A stretch of DNA of 24,000 nucleotides from an uncultured delta proteobacterium (GTDB lineage: Bacteria; Desulfobacterota; Desulfovibrionia; Desulfovibrionales; Desulfovibrionaceae), in NCBI GenBank assembly GCA_903843965.1, contig CAIMRY010000025.1, positions 44,622 to 68,621 of the forward strand, written 5' to 3'. Both the position numbers and the translations under genes were made by a program. This document shows positions 17,354 to 24,000 of the stretch, piece after piece. Numbering within the stretch: the first letter of the stretch is position 1; each line of letters opens with the position of its first letter. The notes beneath the pieces are model-generated. The model did no database searches. It was given only the letters and a program-made list of their open reading frames with translations, and was not told the DNA's origin.

Positions 17354-18394
17354 ATGGGCTACGAGCTGTTCAACGAGGAAGCAGAGATCGTCGAAAAGGG
17401 CGAGTTGCTCCTGGAGCAGGGCGCCTTTGCCGACCCCGAAGCGGCCGCGCGCTTTGCCGAGATGCTCAAGCACTACAAAAAGCTGCTGAAGAACCTCCAG
17501 CGGCTCATGCGCCTGTCCGACCGCAACGAAGAGAAGCTCAACGCCCTGGCCCACGCCATGGATGAGAAGAACAAGCTCCTGGAGGCGCTTTCGGCCAACC
17601 TGTCCAAGTACCTGTCCCCGCAGATCGTGCATTCGCTGCTGACCGGGGAAAAGGGCACAGAACTCATCACCCAGCGCAAGAAGCTCACCGTCTTCTTCAG
17701 CGACATCAAGGACTTCACCAAGACCACCGAGAACATGCAGCCCGAGGACCTCTCGTATCTGCTGAACAGCTATTTCACGGAGATGTCCAAGATCGCTCTG
17801 CATTATGGGGCCACCATCGACAAGTTCATCGGCGACGCCATGCTCATGTTCTTCGGCGACCCCGAGACCAAGGGCGTGAAAGAGGACGCCGAGGCCTGCG
17901 TGCGCATGGCCGTGGCCATGCAGCGCCGCATGAAGAAGCTGCAAAGCACCTGGCGCTTCCGCGGCTACCAGAACCCGTTCCACATGCGCATCGGCATCAA
18001 TACCGGGTACTGCAACGTGGGCAACTTCGGCAGCGAAGACCGCATGGATTACACCATCATCGGCGGCGAGGTGAACCTGGCCGCGCGCCTGGAGGTCCAA
18101 GCCGAGCCCGACGGCATCCTCATCTCCTCGGACACCTTCTCCCTGGTGCAGGACATCGTGGAGGCCGAAGAACGCCCAAAGCTGACAGCCAAGGGCATTG
18201 AGCGCGAAATCATCCCCTACGCCATCACCAACATCTACGATGAGGAGCTGGGCTGTCCGGACCTCATCCGCTCGGAATTCAAGGGGCTGCGCATCATCGC
18301 GGACCTGGAGAAGGTCTGCGCCGCAGACAAGGGAGCCATCATCGAAACCATGGAGCAGCTTCTCGCGCGGTTGCGCGAGGAGCCTGCAGGCTGA
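17354..18394 (+). CDS. Class III adenylate/guanylate cyclase with N-terminal coiled-coil stalk
   Basis: 346 aa; KLTVFFSDIKDFTKTTE, HYGATIDKFIGDAMLMFFG, MRIGINTGYCNVGNFGSEDRMDYTIIGGEVNLAARLE: both metal Asp, Lys and Thr purine-contact positions, and the Asn...Arg catalytic pair are present. Confidence 0.93.
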   Translation: MGYELFNEEAEIVEKGELLLEQGAFADPEAAARFAEMLKHYKKLLKNLQRLMRLSDRNEEKLNALAHAMDEKNKLLEALSANLSKYLSPQIVHSLLTGEKGTELITQRKKLTVFFSDIKDFTKTTENMQPEDLSYLLNSYFTEMSKIALHYGATIDKFIGDAMLMFFGDPETKGVKEDAEACVRMAVAMQRRMKKLQSTWRFRGYQNPFHMRIGINTGYCNVGNFGSEDRMDYTIIGGEVNLAARLEVQAEPDGILISSDTFSLVQDIVEAEERPKLTAKGIEREIIPYAITNIYDEELGCPDLIRSEFKGLRIIADLEKVCAADKGAIIETMEQLLARLREEPAG

Positions 18395-18419
18395 TCCGCA
18401 GGGCGAACAGGGGGTGCGC

Positions 18420-18827
18420 GTGGAGACGATCATCTGGACAGAAGCGCTCAGCGTAGGCGTGGAGCGCATCGACAGGGAGCATCAGACCCTGGTGGTCATG
18501 CTGAACGACCTGGGCCAGGTCATTGGCTCCGGACAGGGGCAGCAGTCCGTGGCGCAGGTCGTGTGCCGGATGCGTCAGTATGCCCAGGAGCATTTCGCAA
18601 CCGAGGAGGAGGCCATGACCGCCACCCGGTATTCTGGGCGCACCAGCCACATGGCCGAGCACGACGCCTTCATCGAAAAGGTCCTGGAAGTTGAGGACGC
18701 CTTGAGCCAGGGCGAGCCGGTTGCCGCTGGGGACATCTGGAAATACCTCCGGCTCTGGCTCACTGAGCATATCCAGGGCCCGGACAAGGTGCTCGGCGAG
18801 CATCTCTGCGCCTGTGGCAAGGGATAA
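18420..18827 (+). CDS. Bacteriohemerythrin 1
   Basis: GTG start; VETIIWTEALSVGVERIDREHQTLV...HFATEEEAM...HMAEHDAFIEKV...WLTEHIQGPDKVLG: complete set of di-iron His/Glu/Asp motifs. Confidence 0.9.
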   Translation: METIIWTEALSVGVERIDREHQTLVVMLNDLGQVIGSGQGQQSVAQVVCRMRQYAQEHFATEEEAMTATRYSGRTSHMAEHDAFIEKVLEVEDALSQGEPVAAGDIWKYLRLWLTEHIQGPDKVLGEHLCACGKG

Positions 18828-18877
18828 GTAACCGACCGCGCCTGGTTGGTTGAATGGAATCGACAACGGGGGGGGAC

Positions 18878-19285
18878 ATGGAAACAGTTTTGTGGGCTTC
18901 TGAATTGGAGATTGGTGTCAAGAGCATTGACGAGCAGCACAGGCGCCTGGTGGGCATGTTGAACACCCTGGGCAAGGCCATTGGCGAGAACCACGGCAAG
19001 GACGCCATCATGGGCATCGTGGAGGAGATGAAGCACTACGCGGTGTATCATTTCAAGACCGAAGAAGAGGCCATGGAGGCCAAGGACTACCAAAAACGTT
19101 CTCAGCACAAGCAGGAGCACGACGCCTTCATCGAACAGGTGCTCGACGCGGCCGAGGCCCTGGAGTCCGGGGGCAATATCACCCCAGAGCAAGTCTGGGC
19201 TTTCCTGTACAAATGGCTTGTGGAGCACATCCTGGAGTCGGACAAGGCCATGGGCACTCACCTGGTCGCCCAGGGAATGCAGTAG
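18878..19285 (+). CDS. Bacteriohemerythrin 2 (tandem paralog)
   Basis: METVLWASELEIGVKSIDEQHRRLVGMLN...YHFKTEEEAMEAKDY...HKQEHDAFIEQV...WLVEHILESDKAMGTHLV. Confidence 0.93.
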   Translation: METVLWASELEIGVKSIDEQHRRLVGMLNTLGKAIGENHGKDAIMGIVEEMKHYAVYHFKTEEEAMEAKDYQKRSQHKQEHDAFIEQVLDAAEALESGGNITPEQVWAFLYKWLVEHILESDKAMGTHLVAQGMQ

Positions 19286-19768
19286 GTCGATCCGGTTCCG
19301 CAGTCTGCTCATCCTCTGGCGGGGCAGGCGCGGCGGATTCAGTTTTTCGAAAGCGCTGCCTGAGTTCTTGGCGAGCAGCAAGCACGCCTGGGCAAATTGC
19401 TGCCCCCCTCCCTCTTTTGCGCTGCAAGTCCGCACTAGGCATGTCCCAAAAACATATTCTACTGTCAAAGCCAGGGTGAAAGTGTACCGGCAGGGCCGAG
19501 TTATAGTGTACCGCCTTGGGGCAATGGATAAAGGCATGCTGCACGCTTGGCCATGTTGGTGGGCAGCGGCGCCCACCGCGACAATAATGGAGGCTACCAT
19601 GTCCTTGCCATCTTCTGTCTACTTCAGGCCGAAGGCTGCCGCCATGCTCGCGGGCTGGCCCAAGGCAGGGAGGGCACGCGCGCTATGACTACCCGCGCAC
19701 TCCCGTCCGGTCCGGGCGGGTCCACAGAAGCCCCTGAAGTCGAAGTCCTTCACGTAACCACCGCCCCT

Positions 19769-19837
19769 CGTCCCACCCTCCGCCTACACCTCTGGCTTGA
19801 AAACAAGGGCGAGCTGTTCTTCGGCATTGGCCGGGCG
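19769..19837 (+). pseudogene. Fragment of a ModE-like/LysR-type winged-HTH N-terminus (remnant)
   Basis: In the frame of ORF 19547-19921: RPTLRLHLWLENKGELFFGIGRA, resembling the start of ModE-like HTH proteins ('p.lr.hlWLe..g.lffG.GRa.LL..I...GS...AA..lGmSYR.AW'); similarity stops abruptly and no HTH follows. Confidence 0.5.
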
Positions 19838-19966
19838 CGCCGCCGCAGGGCGGGACCGGCGGCCAAGGCGCCCGTGGACAGAAAGCGCATTGTCAAAACC
19901 GCGTCTCTTGAGTATGCATGAATGAGCCAGGGATACCGTCCTGCACACCAAAGCCCAGCGAGGACC

Positions 19967-20413
19967 ATGAAACTCTCCGCCAAGGCGCGCTACGCCGTGC
20001 GCATCCTGCTTGATCTTGCCCGGCACCTGGACGAGGGCCCGGTGCGCACCACGGATATTTCCGGCCGCACCGGCGTGTCCGCACGCTTCATCGAGCAGAT
20101 CCTGAAGCCCCTGAAAAAGGCCGCCCTGGTGACCAGTACGCGCGGCGCCACCGGCGGCTACACCCTTGTCGTCCGGCCCGAGGACATCAGCCTGGCGCGC
20201 GTCATCCGCATCATCGAGGGCAGCCTGTGCCTCACGCAATGCTGCGAAAACCCCTCGGTGTGCTCCCGCTCCTCGCATTGCCGCAGCCACCGGGCCTGGG
20301 TGCGCGTCTCCCAGGTCCTGGATGCCGAGCTGGAAAGCATCAGCATCAAGGACCTCCAGGACGACACGCTGTCCTGCACCGGCCCTGACTGCGCCTGCTG
20401 CCCCACGCCCTAG
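19967..20413 (+). CDS. Rrf2-family transcriptional regulator (IscR-like Cys motif)
   Basis: MKLSAKARYAVRILLDLARHLDEGPVRTTDISGRTGVSARFIEQILKPLKKAALVTSTRGATGGYTL...CCENPSVCSRSSHC; C-x5-C-x5-C motif. Confidence 0.94.
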   Translation: MKLSAKARYAVRILLDLARHLDEGPVRTTDISGRTGVSARFIEQILKPLKKAALVTSTRGATGGYTLVVRPEDISLARVIRIIEGSLCLTQCCENPSVCSRSSHCRSHRAWVRVSQVLDAELESISIKDLQDDTLSCTGPDCACCPTP

Positions 20414-20529
20414 CCCCGCCCCGCCCCGCTTCGCAAGCGCCCCGCGCCGCCCAATCCCGCTGCCGCGCGGGAGCATTCCCATTCCCCCAGGCCTTGAGGG
20501 ATTGCCCAACCACATGTTTTAGAACGTAA

Positions 20530-20602
20530 AAAATATTTTGTGCTTTTATTCACGAATACCCTTGACTGCGTAGGCCTATTCTTTTAATTCCGAGTCATAT
20601 GA
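20530..20602 (+). promoter_or_regulatory. Candidate promoter/operator region upstream of the second rrf2-like gene
   Basis: AT-rich stretch in a GC-rich genome: AAAATATTTT palindrome (20530-20539), TTTGTG-N8-CACGAA dyad (20537-20556), TTGACT (20562-20567), TTTAAT (20583-20588), TCATATGA palindrome (20595-20602). Confidence 0.45.
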
Positions 20603-20699
20603 TCCTGATTGAATTCATCGCGTTTAGATTTATCGCTATTGACCAGGTACGAGTTGCGCGGATTTCGACCAGACTGGACCGACAAACAACGGGACAGAC

Positions 20700-21290
20700 A
20701 TGAAGCCAACCTCCAAAACCTGCCACGCCGTCAGAATCCTGCTGGAGCTTGCGCACCACGGGGACGCCCACCCCATGCGCGCCTCGGAGCTCTCCGTCAT
20801 CATCGGCATCTCAACCAAGCTCATGGAGAAGATCGTCCGCCCCCTCAAGGTCGCGGGCATGCTCAAGAGCCTGCGCGGGGCCAGCGGCGGCTACGTCCTC
20901 GACCGCGACCCCAAGGCCATCACCCTGGCCGACATCCTGACCGCCATGGAAGGCGCGGTGTTCAAGCCGCAGTGCTGCGAGGCCGACAGCGAGTGCCGGC
21001 TCCTCGACAGCTGTCCCACCGGCGCCATCTGGAGCGACATCGCCCTGCAGATGGAACAGCGCTTCCGCGCCATCACCCTGGCCGAGCTCATGACCGACGC
21101 GCGCGAGGACTGCCCCTCGCGCGCGGCCCGTGCGGCCCACGCCTCCAGATCCGCTGACGAACCCGACGGCACAAAGCCCTGGACCGACGCATGCGCTGGC
21201 CCGGGCAGAAGCAGAATCTCCCGCAGGAGGAAACCAGGGGCCGGACAAACCGCCCCGCGCATGCCGGGGCGCCCGCGCCCTGCTCGATGA
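20700..21290 (+). CDS. Rrf2-family transcriptional regulator, second copy, with long Arg/Pro-rich tail
   Basis: MKPTSKTCHAVRILLELAHHGDAHPMRASELSVIIGISTKLMEKIVRPLKVAGMLKSLRGASGGYVLDRDPKAITLADILTAMEG...CCEADSECRLLDSC; C-x5-C-x5-C motif. Confidence 0.92.
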   Translation: MKPTSKTCHAVRILLELAHHGDAHPMRASELSVIIGISTKLMEKIVRPLKVAGMLKSLRGASGGYVLDRDPKAITLADILTAMEGAVFKPQCCEADSECRLLDSCPTGAIWSDIALQMEQRFRAITLAELMTDAREDCPSRAARAAHASRSADEPDGTKPWTDACAGPGRSRISRRRKPGAGQTAPRMPGRPRPAR

Positions 21291-21331
21291 TGGCCGGCTA
21301 GAATTCCACACACCACAAAAAGGGGAAGATC

Positions 21332-22570
21332 ATGAAAAAATTGCTCATTCTCGGGTCCGGAGCAGGTGGCACCATCGTGGCCGCAAAAATGGCCAAGTCA
21401 CTTGGCGAGGACTGGCAGATCACGGTCATCGACCGCGATTGGAAGCACCACTACCAGGCCGGGTGGCTCTTCGTCCCCTTCGGCGTGTACTCCATGGCCG
21501 ACTGCGTGAAGCCCAAAACCGACTTCATCCCCGAGGGCGTCAGCTTCGTGCAGGACACCATCGTGAACATCAACCCCGAGAAGAAGCGGGTCAAGACCGA
21601 GAAGGGCCAGTACGACTACGACTGGCTGGTCATCGGCACCGGCTGCCGCATCATGCCCGACGAGATCGAGGGCATGATGGACGACTGGGGCGGCAACATC
21701 CACAACTTCTACACCCCGGATGGAGCCCAGAACCTCTACAAGAAGCTCAAGTACTACAAGAAGGGCAAGGTGGTCCTGAACATCGCCGAAATGCCCATCA
21801 AGTGCCCGGTGGCCCCGCTGGAGTTCGTGTACCTGCTCGACTGGTTCTTCACCGTCAACGGCGTGCGCAAGAACATTGAGATCGAGCTGGTGACCCCGCT
21901 CACCGGCGCCTTCACCAAGCCCGTGGCGGCCAGCATTCTGGGCCGGATCTGCGAGCAGAAGAACATCGCCATCACGCCCAACTTTGAGATCGCGGGCGTC
22001 AATGTGGGCGAGAAGACCATCGAGAGCGTCAAGGGCGACAAGGTCAACTACGACCTGCTCGTGGCCATCCCGCCCAATTTCGGCTCCCAGATCATCATCG
22101 ACTCCGAGCTCGGCGACGCCATGGGCTATGTGGACACCGACAAGCATACGCTGAAGGCCAAAAACATCCCCAACTGCTACGTCATCGGCGACGCCACCAA
22201 CTGCCCCACCTCCAAGGCCGGCAGCGTGGCCCACTACCAGGCCGACATCGTCTGCGACAACCTCCTGCGCGAGATCGACGGCGAGGACCCCCGGCCCGAG
22301 TTTGACGGCCACTCCACCTGCTTCATCGTCTCCGGCTACGAGCAGGCCTTTTTGATCGACTTCAACTACTCTGTGGAGCCGCTGGAGGGCAAATACCCCT
22401 TCCCCGGCCTGGGCCCCTTCTCGCTCCTGGGCGAAAGCCACTTCAACTACTGGGGCAAGATGATGTTCAAGTGGGTCTACTTCAATCTGATGCTCAAGGG
22501 CCACGAACTGCCGCTGGAGTCCCAGATGTTCATGGCCGGGAAGATGCGCCACCACCTGGCTGGCGCCTAG
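21332..22570 (+). CDS. Sulfide:quinone oxidoreductase-like FAD/NAD(P)-binding oxidoreductase
   Basis: 412 aa; MKKLLILGSGAGGTIVAAKMAKSL (FAD-binding Rossmann), YDWLVIGTGCR, IKCPVAPLE, NCYVIGDATNCPTSKAGSVAHYQA; GGGGAAG RBS upstream. Confidence 0.82.
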   Translation: MKKLLILGSGAGGTIVAAKMAKSLGEDWQITVIDRDWKHHYQAGWLFVPFGVYSMADCVKPKTDFIPEGVSFVQDTIVNINPEKKRVKTEKGQYDYDWLVIGTGCRIMPDEIEGMMDDWGGNIHNFYTPDGAQNLYKKLKYYKKGKVVLNIAEMPIKCPVAPLEFVYLLDWFFTVNGVRKNIEIELVTPLTGAFTKPVAASILGRICEQKNIAITPNFEIAGVNVGEKTIESVKGDKVNYDLLVAIPPNFGSQIIIDSELGDAMGYVDTDKHTLKAKNIPNCYVIGDATNCPTSKAGSVAHYQADIVCDNLLREIDGEDPRPEFDGHSTCFIVSGYEQAFLIDFNYSVEPLEGKYPFPGLGPFSLLGESHFNYWGKMMFKWVYFNLMLKGHELPLESQMFMAGKMRHHLAGA

Positions 22571-22586
22571 GACGCGGGGGGGCACC

Positions 22587-23234
22587 ATGCAGGACGAACG
22601 TGTTCTCGAACGCATTGAAGGGATGGAGCAGCAGCTCAAGTACCTGGTCGACGCCTCCAAGGGTTGGCAGGAACTGAAGCACGACCTGACCCCCATCATG
22701 CACGACGCCTTCAAGACCCTGATGAAAGAGTTCGGCGACGTCGAAGCAGGCTTCCAGCTGGAAGACATCTTCGCGCTGCTGAAGCGCTTTCTGCGCAGCA
22801 TCAAGAACATCACCTACATGCTGGAGCAGATGGAGAACATCATCGACCTCTGGAAGACCATCGAGCCGCTGCTGCACTCGGCCGTGCCCAAGGGCGTGGC
22901 CTTTCTGGACAACATGGAGCAGCAGGGCGTGTTCCGCATGTACAAGGCCATGGTCCAGGTCCGCGGCAAGATGGCCCGGGCCTACACGCCGGAGGACATC
23001 GAGGTCATGGGCGACGGCTTCGTGTCCATGCTCGGGCTGATCAAGAAGCTCAGCACCCCGCAGGCGCGGGAGATGCTGGAAAAGCTGGCCGACATGATGG
23101 GCGACGTGGACCTGAAGGAGTGCAAGGAATGCGGGCCCATGGGCCTGGTGGCCGGGATGAGCGGCAAGGAGGCCCGCAAGGGGCTGGGCGTCATGCTGGA
23201 ATTCACCAAGAGCCTGGGCAAGCTGAAGGACTAG
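22587..23234 (+). CDS. DUF1641-like protein
   Basis: 215 aa; DLTPIMHDAFKTLMKEFGDVE...IFALLKRFLRSIKNITYMLEQMENIIDLW...LKECKECGPMGLVAGMSGKEARKGLGVMLEFTKSLGK; directly follows the SQR-like gene, the usual setting of this family. Confidence 0.7.
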   Translation: MQDERVLERIEGMEQQLKYLVDASKGWQELKHDLTPIMHDAFKTLMKEFGDVEAGFQLEDIFALLKRFLRSIKNITYMLEQMENIIDLWKTIEPLLHSAVPKGVAFLDNMEQQGVFRMYKAMVQVRGKMARAYTPEDIEVMGDGFVSMLGLIKKLSTPQAREMLEKLADMMGDVDLKECKECGPMGLVAGMSGKEARKGLGVMLEFTKSLGKLKD

Positions 23235-23356
23235 GGCGGACAGCTCCGGGGCGACCGGCACCGCCCCGGAACGCGCGGCCCGGCGGCATTTGCCACGGCC
23301 GGACCGGGCCGCGCCCCATATACAAACACGCCGCATTCCTGCGGCAGGAGGCAGCC

Positions 23357-23710
23357 ATGAGCAAGAAGATCCTCATCGTGGACGACGACCCCGCAGTGGT
23401 GGACTTTCTGAACGAGGTGTTCACGGACAACGGCTACGCCACGGAAAAGGCCTACAACGGGGTCGAGGCGCTGGCCAAGACCGAGGCCTTCCGGCCCGAC
23501 CTCATCACCCTGGACATGGACATGCCGGAAAAGGCCGGCACCATGTTCTACATCGGCCTGCGCAAGCAGGAAGCCCTCAATAAGACGCCGGTCATCGTCA
23601 TCAGCGGCGTGGGCCCCCGGCCCCCGGCCCTGGGCCGGGACATCCCGGTGCTGACCAAGCCCGTTGACCCCGTGGTGCTGCTGGACCTGGTCGCCCGGAC
23701 CCTGGCCTAG
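23357..23710 (+). CDS. Stand-alone response regulator receiver protein
   Basis: 117 aa; MSKKILIVDDDPAVVDFLNEVF...PDLITLDMDMPEKAG...TPVIVISG...PVLTKPVDPVVLLDLV: complete receiver domain; GGAGG RBS. Confidence 0.93.
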   Translation: MSKKILIVDDDPAVVDFLNEVFTDNGYATEKAYNGVEALAKTEAFRPDLITLDMDMPEKAGTMFYIGLRKQEALNKTPVIVISGVGPRPPALGRDIPVLTKPVDPVVLLDLVARTLA

Positions 23711-23826
23711 CCGCACCGGCCCCGGCGCGGCGGCCCAGGCGCAGGCCCGCCCGCTGCGCCAGGGCCGCACCGGGGCCGCCGCGCCGGAATGCAGCACACC
23801 CACCACCCAAGGCCAAGGGGGCAGCC

Positions 23827-24000
23827 ATGCCGCTTGCGCATCACGCGTCCACAGTCCCCGCATCTGCGGCAAACACCGTCCTGCTCGTGGACGATGAGCA
23901 GGACATCCGCGAACTGCTGGCCCTGTTCCTGGCCGACCTGGGCTTTTGCGTGCTCACCGCCGCAGACGGCGCCCAGGGCCTGGCCCTGTTCAAGACCGCC
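23827..24000 (+). CDS. Receiver-domain protein, N-terminal part (runs off the right edge)
   Basis: MPLAHHASTVPASAANTVLLVDDEQDIRELLALFLADLGFCVLTAADGAQGLALFKTA: open to the window end; full architecture unknown. Confidence 0.8.
   Translation, partial: MPLAHHASTVPASAANTVLLVDDEQDIRELLALFLADLGFCVLTAADGAQGLALFKTA

Noticed and set aside
21398-22813. 471-aa minus-strand ORF
   Set aside because: Antisense shadow of the SQR-like gene; no recognisable motifs.
1-24000. CRISPR array, phage or toxin-antitoxin system
   Set aside because: No regular spaced repeats, Cas, structural phage or toxin-antitoxin signatures were seen in either strand's translations.

Overview
High-GC window consistent with a Desulfovibrio-like sulfate reducer (taxonomy is inferred from gene style and content, not tested). 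The left part (1-10668, minus strand) is a compact housekeeping envelope-biogenesis cluster: lysS > lolC/E-like > lolD > bamA > skp/ompH > lpxD > fabZ > lpxA > lpxI > asmA-like (partial). A tRNA-Asn(GTT) with a strong intrinsic terminator and a small DUF1737-like gene mark the transition. The right part (11754-24000, plus strand) is a signalling and redox region. The main observation is a contiguous co-directional cluster that joins a complete stressosome-type module (PAS-STAS RsbR-like, STAS RsbS-like, RsbT-like kinase, RsbX-like PP2C) to a Sia-type partner-switching module (PAS/PAS-PP2C SiaA/RsbU-like phosphatase with an unusual RsbT-like N-terminal segment, SiaB-like DUF6272 kinase, SiaC-like DUF1987 protein). 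The cluster ends in a class III nucleotide cyclase, not a sigma factor or a GGDEF protein, and is followed by two tandem bacteriohemerythrins. A relic-like gap (with a ModE-type HTH fragment) follows. After it come two Rrf2/IscR-like regulators with C-x5-C-x5-C motifs, an SQR-like flavoprotein, a DUF1641 protein, a stand-alone receiver protein, and the start of another receiver-domain protein. All product calls come from reading the translations; no database search was run.
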